Origin: Lingula anatina
Lineage: Eukaryota; Animalia; Brachiopoda
DNA length: 64,000 bases
Assembly (NCBI GenBank): GCA_051362555.1
Contig: CM120647.1
Coordinates: 8,990,001 to 9,054,000 of the forward strand
Direction of reading: 5' to 3'
Program-made: the position numbers and the translations under genes
Shown here: one piece after another, positions 1 to 11,099 of the stretch
Position numbering within the stretch: position 1 is the first letter of the stretch
Layout: the number at the start of each line of letters is the position of its first letter
Notes under the pieces: generated by a model
Seen by the model: only the letters and a program-made list of their open reading frames with translations
What the model was told of the DNA's origin: nothing
The model's database searches: none

Positions 1-683
1 GCACCAAGTATTTTTGACGACCCTCTAAATGCTATGAACTGAGAGCAGAAATAACTTTGTTTTTGTCTTGACACATACCCTCACTTATCCTGACCATAAG
101 ATATCTTGATTTACTGAAGATTTATCCTGTGATATGAAGTTGTTGGATGTGGAATGATATTATACTTATAATATTACACGCCGTGATGGCTGACTATTGC
201 TTATATGAGTTCTAATCATATTTTGCTAGTCTATTTCTTGTTTTGCTGAGTATAAACTTACTACTAAGATAGAGAGAAATAATTCTTTCTCAAAAGACGG
301 AATTGATTTTTCAATTGCAGAAACAAATGAATAATGTTAAAACTCAGCAGTTGGAAGATATTATTTCCTGTAGAAGTATTCATTTGTTTACCATGACATG
401 TTTGAGTTATATCAATGGTGAGAAGTGAATCGGTTTTTTTTAAAAACTGTAATATACTGTCCTGCAAACCTCTAGTCAAAACATATCATGAAATCACATA
501 AATAATCACTGATGATGTAAGATATCAAAGAAGAGCCCAAAATTAGTTAATATGTAAAGCAATGCTAACAACCCTGTCCCACCAATATATGCTAAGTATA
601 TAAAGCATGATTCTTTTGGATTTTGAATATCTTTCCTTCTAGTTGCCACCCCTTCCCCCTTTTTCTGTATCTCATTCTCTTTC

Positions 684-684
<1 letters not shown>

Positions 685-730
<46 letters not shown>
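685..730. repeat. poly-C homopolymer (46 nt)
   Basis: Directly visible; the length may be unreliable in the assembly. Confidence 0.9.
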
Positions 731-732
<2 letters not shown>

Positions 733-1891
733 GGAGTGTTAAAGATCTTATTTCTGCCTTGTCATTTTATACAGCTAAATTTATTTTATTACAGCATCCT
801 CGTTACCTACAGCGTTGTGCTCAAGAATTGCAGGGGATTTATTATAATTTAAAAAAATTATAGGGCAAACCCAAGAAATCTGACATATGAAGTGCACGTT
901 TTGTTAGAATGTTATGTAAACATATGACATTTGAAGTTACCGTCGTCTTGTGTAAGGTTGTTGATGGCGATTCTGATTTAAATGATGACAGTTTGAATTT
1001 TCACCCAAAACGGAATATTGTGTTTGGGATACACTTTGTTAGAATATGTTCACCTTATAATAGAAAACTAGAAGACCATATGCAATAATAATAATAATAA
1101 TTAATATGGTGTTTTGAAGGGATAAATCCCTAAGTTATACAGGTCATCATTTTTGTCTCGTAAAAAAGAAGAAAAATTCTATATATATATATATCTATAT
1201 ATACAGGACTCTCTGTAAGCTGTCCAGAAAATAAACTTATTACATGACAAATGTCTGTTATGTAATACAGGAAACCACCTCATTCATGTAAGCTTCATAT
1301 ATGTCTTTATATACTTTGATTTTCTGCCTACCCATACTGTTGCCATGTGATGCATTTGTTTTTAACAACCTTACTGCCCAACTGCATTTTTGTTTTACTT
1401 CAAATGTAACAGGGGATGTTGGCAAAAAGGCAGTTTGAGTTCAATGATGGGCAAATATAATTGGACAAATATTTTCTTTACTAAAGTTATTTTTGTGATA
1501 TTATAGAAATAATGACCAAAGAATTATTTTTTTTTTAATTACTAGGGAGCTGAAGGCTGGACAGCGTGTAAGGGATCTCTAGTCCCTTTTGCTTTAATTT
1601 TAATCAAATTAAGCATAAGCGTTGAAGATTTTCTGGTTTTAAAAGTAAGTGTTTTGCACATTTCGTGGTGTTTTTCAATCGAGTTTCTTGGTACAAATAA
1701 ACTGAAAGTGCAGGAAATCGTGGATATTTTGCATTAGTATTTTACCAAGTGGCACCCAAGCTTCATTTGCTTCAGGACCCCATGGGAATTTGAGGCATGG
1801 GAGAGACTACTGGGACTCTTTTAATCATGTCATCTATGCCCTTTCTAAACCACTTCAAGATAAAACATAAGACACGTAGTTTAGATGATAG

Positions 1892-1897
1892 TTTATT
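1892..1897 (-). terminator. polyadenylation signal of the peptide gene
   Basis: AATAAA on the minus strand ~350 nt after the stop, followed by a GT/T-rich stretch (gtgtcttatgtttt). Confidence 0.55.
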
Positions 1898-2243
1898 CAA
1901 TAACTAGAGGAACTAGAAAGGCATTTGTTACACTTCAGAGAGAGTCTGAATTTAAAACATATCAATATTTTTGTCTTACATCCACACCTTGTACAGATAA
2001 AAATATTGCCAATGCAGTTTTACAGCTGGATGCTTTATAAATGAATGAAACCAAATACTGAAATCGGTTTTGCTCTTTGTAAAACTTTCCAAATGTACAA
2101 AAATTGCCTAAATAAGTTCATTGACAGTTGGAAAAAACAGCGATAACTTGGAACTGGGGTTATTATTCTAGCTCAGGCGCTGAAGTCAGTGCATATATAT
2201 ATATATATAAGATATAGTATAATAGAAGAAATCGTCTGAATAT

Positions 2244-2389
2244 TTATCCCCAGTTGACGTCAACGCAGCACTTCATGTTGGTTTGTGGATTCGCGCACCA
2301 GCAGGTGAGGACTTGACCGCTCGGGCCGGCTTGAACGCCAACATGGACGCCGCAATTCGGGTCCACGGAGCACTGGAAGAACCGTTTAT
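2244..2389 (-). CDS. small secreted cysteine-rich peptide precursor, coding exon 2 (furin site + mature 6-Cys peptide)
   Basis: Acceptor tttttcatcgtttcag|ATAAACGG, phase-compatible with the upstream exon. Encodes (N)KRFFQCSVDPNCGVHVGVQAGPSGQVLTCWCANPQTNMKCCVDVNWG then TAA at 2246-2244. GC-rich island in AT-rich surroundings. Confidence 0.85.
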
Positions 2390-2843
2390 CTGAAACGATG
2401 AAAAATACGGCGAAGTTGTATTATTCGTTATCTCGTATGTAAGGATAGTCACAAAAGTAAGTGATCAATATCTTGCTCAGTCACAAATGAAAACACTTTC
2501 GGTCTCTTCAGAAAGTTATGTTAAAAGTTCTCCTTTTAACCGTTACGAGTGAAAATCATCAGCCTCCAATTCCAATACGAGAGTGCCCCAAAACTTAAAG
2601 ATCCCCTAAAATTGATCAATCGTTTTATAGAGGTCTATCTCTCATTCAGTATTTCTAAGCATCAAATAAAAAGTAAGGGATCTCTCGAGGCTCTCCTTTC
2701 GAAACTGTTTTTTTTATGTTGTTCTTGTTCGCGCGCGCATTTATTGAACCAACTTCTAAAACCAACCAAATGAAAATCAAATGAATGATGACTCTTAGCA
2801 TAAGATCTAGATATAAAGAAAGGGAGGGTCCCTTTTTACGTAC

Positions 2844-2916
2844 TTCTCACTGGAGACGCCATTGAAGTCGCCACCAACAGCATGGCAACCAGTACGATCA
2901 AAACTGTTTTGGACAT
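2844..2916 (-). CDS. small secreted cysteine-rich peptide precursor, coding exon 1 (signal peptide + short pro-region)
   Basis: Acceptor ttatcgttttccag| at 2935. ATG at 2916 in ATAATGT context. Encodes MSKTVLIVLVAMLLVATSMASPVR, then donor A|gtacgt after 2844 (phase 1). Confidence 0.85.
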
Positions 2917-3454
2917 TATGAACGATGGGTAAGACCTGGAAAACGATAAAATAAACTTAAATGACAAAAAAGTATTATGTGCGAAATGAGATTAAGAAAT
3001 TTCGATGAAAAATGCTTTGTGATTTGATGTTTATGAAAGAAGGGGTCTAGCTTCATATATTTCTGGAGTGATTCTAATAAAAAAAGGAAGCAGAAAGAAG
3101 CTTTTAATGCAATATTAAGACATTTTGCTAAAAAGGTATTCGATATGAAGTTGAATCAATGCGTAGCAAGATAAAAGCTTTATATATTTCATTCGATCGA
3201 GAACATTGCCTGATTTGAGTTTCACTTAACAAAGCCAAGAATTTTCTTGCGCATTTTCATATAAAACAAACGAACAAAAATGAACAAATAGAGAAAGAAA
3301 AAAATCCAGCCTTTAATAAGGAGGGTAGCACTCTTTTTCTTCGTTTTGCAAGTCCTAATTATCCATTTCTTACATGATACGGTTTTCAATGTTAATGCTG
3401 AGTTACAATCTACGTTGAAAAACGCATTTTTCTAAGAAATTACGAAACGCTTAA

Positions 3455-4071
3455 AGCAAAATAACTCTTCCTTTGAGATTCAAAATTCCGCAATAAATAC
3501 ATTGTAAACAACGCCTGGAAATATATTCTATTGCATTTTCCCACTAAAACGACTGTTATTGTAGTAAAACTAAAATCTGTGCTTGTCACTTGGGCTTTCG
3601 ATGCCTTTCTTCGCGGTCGACAAGTGCATCCGTTGCCAATGACGTTTAGGTGTCACGCGGATTCTCGCGTTCATTCGAGACCAAAATAACATGGCGGGAA
3701 ACCCTCAGACGTAAGATGCGAGTTTTTGTACAGTGCGTCGGATAACGAAAAGCCCAGAATTGCACACATTGTAGATATAAATGCATTTTGAGCAAAAAGA
3801 CGAATATATCTTATGAATCTTATAATATTGTTATACAGTGTTGTTGTTGTCTGCTTTTCCCGCGGTTTTAAGTAGGTCACCAGAAACTATCGCTCGATAC
3901 CAGAGGGCTCCGTCTTAAGAGATTTTAACAAAAAACCGTACGTTTAGGAAAAAAACCCTGGATTAACTTTGAATGCAGGAATTGGGTCGTTGACCATTGG
4001 TAAGTACGGTAAAATTACCGTTTTTTCCAGGAAAATCGTATTTTTGGCCAAAACGAAGAGTTATTATGACT
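3455..4071. mobile_element. non-autonomous TIR element with TTAA target sites (Kolobok-like), in intron 1 of the peptide gene
   Basis: ttaa|agcaaaataactcttc ... gaagagttattatgact|ttaa. The right ~160 bp is homologous to 28322-28480. Confidence 0.65.
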
Positions 4072-4192
4072 TTAAGATTGAATAAAGAAAATATGCTGTA
4101 ATTTTTTTTAAATAGTATTATTTTTGCGCGCGTTTATCCAATCAATCTATAAAAACAACGAAATAAAGAAACATGACGCTAGGAGCGCTTAC

Positions 4193-4300
4193 CTTAAAAC
4201 AAGACAAGACCGCTGTAGCTCTCACCAGTAGGTAGTCTGTCTTTGACTCCGTCTGAAGTGTTGTGAACGCAAGAAGAACTATATCAGCGGCTTTTATATA
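4193..4300 (-). promoter_or_regulatory. TATA box and non-coding first exon of the peptide gene
   Basis: Minus-strand TATATAAAAG at 4300-4291. About 75 nt of leader follows from an inferred TSS near 4268. Strong donor AAG|gtaagc after 4193. Confidence 0.65.
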
Positions 4301-6004
4301 GCCACACCATATACGTAAACAGACGCGCTAGTAGTGTCATATTTTTTCACTTTCTGAACCACAGTGTAGTGAAATCAGGATGGGCATATCCTGTTAATTG
4401 TTTCGTGCATCACGATTTTCCAGATTTTGTGCTTTGTGGGTGGACGATTTATGCTCTCTTTGCTAGATAAGCATTTTAATGACATGATTTTCATGATTTT
4501 TGAAAAAAATAATACTAAAAAATAAAGTGAGTCAGCGTCTTCACAGATACCCTGATGGGTGATAATAACCAATATCCATGAACCAGTACGAGAAAGGCTA
4601 AAAAAGTTATGAACTTACTATTCAAAAGTTTCTTGTGGGATCTTAATTCCTATCATTATTTTGTCACAGTTATGTGGTGCATTTGCTTTCGTACAATGAA
4701 GGTCACCCACGCAAGCAGCTATTACAGAATGTACCGAACGATCTTGGCCAAAAGGAATGTTACACCTCTAACGTCATGTTTTTGTATGCAAACTATCACA
4801 TCACAACTGTAAAGCGTTTTGAATTGTGTTTTTTTATTATTTATATTTTTATCCAGGTGCCATATCTAACAAAACCTACGTCAAAATAATAAAAAAAAAC
4901 ATCAGCAAAGATGTCCACTTTTTTATCATTTATTCAAATTTAGAATCTGACGTTCTGTAGTGACATTGACAAATAATTCAATAAATATTCCATGTCTCGA
5001 AAATAAGCTTCCGATTGCAGCCGAGACATTCATTTCTGTTTCCTCCAAGTGGCGCTACGGTAGGCCTACTGTTTAGTTTATCAAACATCGCGAAAACTGC
5101 TCAGGGCTCCGTATCTCGAAAGGTTCGCTATGTTGCGGAGTGGAGCATATTAGGGTTGCCCATGACCTACATAATGTCGTTTCATTTTGGGGTGGGTTAG
5201 GATCTGATATTTATTTCTTACCTGTATATTTAGGAGCCTATTGAACAATTATGCGTTCAATGCAAGCAGTTTTAATTTAAGAAAAAAATGTATATGAAGT
5301 TTCGCCTGTCGGAAAACAGTGAATGTCCAATTAGACATAAAAGACACTCACTTTATCCTGCCCCCTTCCCCCGATGGGTGTAAGTGAACCTTCACTTTAG
5401 TAGGAGTTGTCTTCAGTTCATCTTCAGTTTTCAGGCAGCATGGAGTGGATGCGAGGCGGCCCGGGTACGAAGTATACGAATATTTCAATTTCTGCCGATT
5501 TAATATGACATTTTGAGATGTTTATATTAGAACTTTGATTTTAACTTATTTTTGCTTATTTTTGAAAAACATTTTGAAGCCTGCGTGCTTGCTGGGTGTG
5601 GCCATTCCCCAATATGTTCCTCTCGTAATATTCTGCTTCCTCCAAAACTTGGTAACCTCTTCACGTCTCATGAAAATGCAGAGTGAAGTGTTGCTTCTCA
5701 TGTTTTGAAAGCCGTTGGCAAAAATTCCAGTAGCAGTAAAATTTGAGGTGAGAAACAGCCGAGAAGGGAAAATGCTGTGGAATGGCCCGTTTGTAACCCT
5801 AAATATTGGCGTGTTGGCATTAAGGGACTGGTTTGTGCTTAGTTACTGAATGCTATATAGGTATACACACACCAATTTCAACGTTAAAGGGCATTATACT
5901 TCCGTGTCGAATTCTGGTACAATTTCACTAAGAAAGTTGTAAATTTGTGAACTGAACTAAAGCTATGCTTTCTCTGCGTGACAGATTATAAAATCAACCT
6001 TTAA

Positions 6005-6233
6005 AGGCATAGGTGGCGAAATGATAGCGAGAAATGCTGTTTGAAACGCCAATTTCAATTCCGCGCTGTTCATTCAAAATGTACTATCGAAAAGTAATTT
6101 CAATTAGTGTGACATCACGAATTTTGGAATCTTTTACACATTAAACATTGAATATTTCAAACATGACATACTTAATACTGCGTGGTTATATGTTATGGAA
6201 TTTTATTTATTTCGACGTCTGTCCCTTATGCCT
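6005..6233. mobile_element. degenerate TTAA-flanked MITE
   Basis: ttaa|aggcata ... tatgcct|ttaa. The TIR is short, so support is modest. Confidence 0.4.
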
Positions 6234-7065
6234 TTAAACATGCTTTATCAAATCATACTTTCAAGTTTGTCGCTGTGGCATGTATGAACTGTTATATTAG
6301 AATGTGTAGCATTCTTCAACAAGGCAGCAAATGTTGATTTGACGTTTAGTTCTAATATGGACAAAATACGCAATAATATCTAAAACGTTTGCTAGTCCAC
6401 CACAAAAATCATTGTTTAAAACTCTTTTTTTATCGTAAGACCAAATGGGGTATCTAGGAGACCATTTAAGATTCTAGATAGCATCCTTGAAACTTTGTTC
6501 GTGTGTTTTTTGCATTTTTTGATTAAACATCTTGAATTCACCATCACGAGAGCGAATCAAATACTACAAACTTAGAATTTTTTTCTGTGGAATGCAATTC
6601 TGAATGGTTCGGGCATAGTATAACTTTATGATTAAAGAAAAGTTGATAAAATTTCCAAGAAAGCTGAATGTTTGGAATACGAAGGTTTAACGCTGAACGT
6701 GTGTATAACGTATTTACATGTACGTTTAATGCTCTGATAAGAAAAATAAGCATACCATCTCTTGAAATTTGATAACTTGCTGTCTTGTTATATATATACA
6801 TTTTTGTAAGAGACGTATGTGCACTTCACACATTTCAGTCTGTATTTGGGAAAGTTACTTGAACCTGAAAATCTTATGTGAAAAGCTTATGTGGAAAATG
6901 TGTGTTATGACTTACCGTTCATGAAATGGAAAATAAAGTCCTTTTACGTTTTAGTATTTATATCAATTTATTTGTCAAAACTGTAATATGTAACTGAATA
7001 ATTAACGAAACGCTTAATCGGTCAGTTATGAAATATTTATATCTGAATGTATTGTGTATACTATA

Positions 7066-7231
7066 GTCTTAAGAGATTAATTTTTTTCCACCCAAAAAAG
7101 AACGAGGCAAAAGATGTTAAATTACCCGTATGTGCAGAAATTTTCAACTGCTCTTTGCTGCAGTCTTCCTCAGTGCTATTGATGTACCACTAGGTGGAGT
7201 TGTGGATGGACAAAAATAAATCTCTTAAGAC
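7066..7231. mobile_element. small inverted-repeat element (MITE-like)
   Basis: gtcttaagagatt (7066-7078) and aatctcttaagac (7219-7231), with further imperfect internal symmetry. Confidence 0.5.
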
Positions 7232-8136
7232 AATATTATGCTTAATCAGTAAGATCGATAATGTTTCGTCTTCTGTATAGATCCATTAGCAATGTGAAAT
7301 ATGAATTTTTATCATTAAATATATCTGACATTTGTGACAATTAATTTATTGGACAAATATAGGATCTTTGTGCAGAGACAATCCTTGTGATTGAAAGATG
7401 ACATATTCTCCAATTGCCAATATTTTGTTGTTCTTCGGCAATTTTCTCTCACCAGCAACTTTGCTCCGGACAATTATTATCGCATTAGATTTCTAAATGA
7501 CAATTTACTGAAATAATTTTCATAATATCTTGTGCTTGTAAAGTGGCAAAACCTATGGCGGATCCAGAAAATTGGGGGCCTGGAAATAGTTTGAAATTTT
7601 TCGGGAAATTGAAACGATTGTCCTTTTTGTTCCTCCCTTTTTGTGTGGTGGTGGGGAGAGAAGGAGCTGCCATTGCTTTTCCATTGCTATTTTGAAAGAA
7701 GGAATTGTTGCAAATTCATTGTCGTTTCTTGAATGCCTTGTTTAAAACAAATAAGAACAAGTATTAGACAAGTAAGTTAGTTTATAGTTTATTTGTCATA
7801 TCATATACATAGAATGGTTTTGTATTTAAAATCTGTTACACCTTTTAGCCAGTCCTACTACAGATTTAAAACAAATGTAGTTTAGCAGCTTTAAAAATGC
7901 TATAAATGAATGAATACACAAATGTACACAAAAATTCAATTAGTTATTTTGCTCGCGATAAAATAAAATCTTTCAAATATGCAAAATGTCTTTGTATCTT
8001 CATTGTCGGTTGTATGACTGTATTGGGGCTCGATTCTTGGCCTGGGCACATAGAAATTGCTGAAAACTTTAAGAGAAATGCTTTCAAAATTTCTCTTTGG
8101 TTAGTATAAAAAGAAAGTCTACCAGGGGAGGGTGGG

Positions 8137-8235
8137 TGGGAACACTTAGGGGAGTGGATAGCACGCTTGCCTCTGAGACAGCAGAACGCGAGTTCGAATC
8201 CTGGCGGCTCTGGGTCCCAGCAAATTACCTTTTGC
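8137..8235 (+). mobile_element. tRNA-derived SINE head / tRNA-like remnant
   Basis: A-box-like taggggagtgg near 8147 and B-box gttcgaatcc at 8192-8201, at tRNA-like spacing. No convincing acceptor stem. Confidence 0.5.
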
Positions 8236-11099
8236 AAAAATTGACAATAATCACAATTTAAAACTACTACAAGGGGAACCTCGGAAGAGTAGAAAAAGGA
8301 CTAAGATGAATAGTTCGAGTCAGGCTAAGAAAAATGACAGAACTACAATTTTGCACAGCTTACAACAAGACAACATTTTATAGACGTACATTTATTTTTC
8401 ATAAATTCACGCAATTCCTGCACAAATATAACAATAAATAATTTACATTATCAATGCCCATAAGAACATCTCATTTCCTTTTATAAATCAAGATTTTACA
8501 AAAATTACCCAATACATCTTACTTTTCTGAAAATTTTCTATTTCAAGAATTTTTTCTCGCTTTATCAAGACAAGACTGACAAAAGTTAACGGCCCCCCCC
8601 CCCCAAAAAAAAAATTCATTGAATACATTATGGAAACTCAAAACCCCTACAAAAAAGAATCAAACTCTACAACCGGTGAAGTAATAAATTAAGATTTGAT
8701 CAGAAACTTTCAAGTCAGAAATGTAAAATGTAGTAAAAAAAAAACCCAGTCCTACTCGGACTTTTATTTTCAATAAAACAAACGATGCCAAAATAAACTA
8801 CAGACATGTGAGTCTGGCTTTTAGATGGATAAAATTCCTATTTTTTGCTTTTCTGATCAAAATTTTCATGAATGAAATGCTAGACTTTCATTTAATACAC
8901 GTTTTGGTACAGAATATTACGACCCAAAGCGACCATTACACTCCATATTAAATGTTGACAGTACAAATAAACTACAGAAGACCAACTTCGACAACCGAGA
9001 AAATCTTGGCATGGGTGCGGGCGCTGTCAAACAAGAATCTGACGTCTTTAGTGGAAGAATCTTCCAATTTCCTTGTCTTCCAGTCACTGAAATAAAAAAA
9101 GAAAAAAAATCACATTCACAAAACGATATATCAGAGTTTGAGAAAGCAGTCTATATAACCATTGTGGCAACCCATATCGGTAAACATGGCATTACATTAC
9201 CCTCTACCAGGGCCACAGATCGATTTTCACTAGATATTCATAGATAATGTCTTTGGCTAAATATGGTCAATGTTATAACTGTGGATAGAGGAAAATCTGC
9301 CTATAATATCTGCCGCCCTAGTAAGGGACAGATCCAGGATTATTTGAAGGGGGGGGGGTTCTAGGAATAACAGGTTGCGGAGGCAAATTAGAATTAGATC
9401 TGCCTGAGACGAAAGGGTCGTCTACATCTTTGGAATAAGCCCCTTACTTTCTTCAAATCGTTTGCTCTGGTAAATAAGAGATAATAAACTATTTTAAGTT
9501 CAAGATGATTTGGGACTGGTACTGTTCTTCGAGAGCAATACTAGCTATAGTGCTTTTGTTCGTTCTAAGCATCAGGTCAATAGAATGTCCACAAGTGCAA
9601 AATGCATCATTTTGAGCAAAATACGTCCACAAAAAGAAAAGCAATGTTATCTTATTTCATCTTTGCAGTACTTACAACAGACTGATGCCGTTTTCATCGC
9701 CTAATTTTCTCCTTACACGTGGGAATCGATGCAACGTGGCATGAGGCTCCTCTCTTCTCCATCTTGTACTGACCTTGGTCTTATCTGAATACCTCTCACC
9801 AAAATGCTCACCTGATTTACGTAATAATGTACTGGTCACCCGCTTTCCGTGAGCGAGTTTCGGTGTTAAATTGTCTTTTTTTTATATTATGATAATTTTC
9901 AGTGGATGGTAATTTGGGTTTTCTGAAAATTATGAAGGCAAAAACTATCATATTTTATCAGTGATCCGATTTAAAAATCAAATTCATAGACCGAGTAAAA
10001 GAACACAATGAAATAAATTGCTGGTGCAGGAATGTGTTAGAGAAGACAAAATGCGACTTTCACCCAATTTATCTTTCACTCTGCATATTGAGCAAACATA
10101 TCACCGTAAATAATGCAACAATAAATGATATTTAGTTTTTTAAAACATTAACCTCTCTTTCGTTTACAAAAGTTTCAAAAGTTTGTTAATTGTTGTCTGT
10201 TACACTACCCTTACGGTTTTCATTTAATTTAATTTACAAGTATAGATTTTTTTTCTTGAACAGCAAATTCTATACTAAAAATCAAAACACTCCAGTACTC
10301 TATTTTATTTAATTGGAATACTTCGGAGTACTGCTGCTTTGTCTTTAGTCAAAGTAGACTGATGTTTTAAACTTAAAGTTAAGACCAATTTTAGGGTGCT
10401 AAATAATATCCTATCCGGGATTTTTGAACCAGTTTCAATTTTCCTCGAGAAAAAGCAAAACTTTCAACTCACAAACCAATGCTAGATCCGCGCCTGCACT
10501 TAAATTGGCCATGGACGTTCCATAAAATTTTCTACTGAATCATTTATTGCTGAATGACTGGCCAGACGTCTTCCTGCATATTTCAGGAGAAAATATCGAT
10601 GATTTGTTGTAAGTTTTGGCGTTTTAGAGGCCAGCAATTGGAAAACCAAGTCGTGTTGCAGCTTTTATAAGACATAGAAACGGAGTCGCATTTACAGTTC
10701 ATAGCATATATAACACCAACTTTACAACTACGCGTATGTTTCAGCACGGAGGGTCGAAAGATTTGTCAACTGTATTGTTTAAGTGTTTTTATCGTTAAAT
10801 TTCAGTAGTCTATGGATAGTTAGAATCGAGAGACAACAGGGATATGGTTTCAGTGCCGAGACTGGGACTGCGCTACACCCGACTTTCCGTGATTTAATAG
10901 CCGTCTCAGACTGTCCCCCCACTATTCAGCAAATGCTGTATTTAAAGAAGAAATGTTTCTTTTTAATTTGAGGCATGTTGCTGTTTTTAATTTAAGGGGT
11001 TTGATAATAACATGAACGAAAAAAGAAGTGTGATTTCGTGGAAGAAAACAAAGACGGTCGATTAAAATACCATTGAATAATAATCAAAACATGGATTCA

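Noticed and set aside
643-852. Poly-proline ORF
   Set aside because: Produced by the poly-C homopolymer.
5550-5800. GC-richer stretch with an ~80-codon open frame on the minus strand
   Set aside because: No recognisable protein, and no convincing start or splice context.
8137-8235. Possible tRNA gene
   Set aside because: It has A/B-box-like motifs, but I cannot fold a full cloverleaf with an acceptor stem. A SINE head is more likely.
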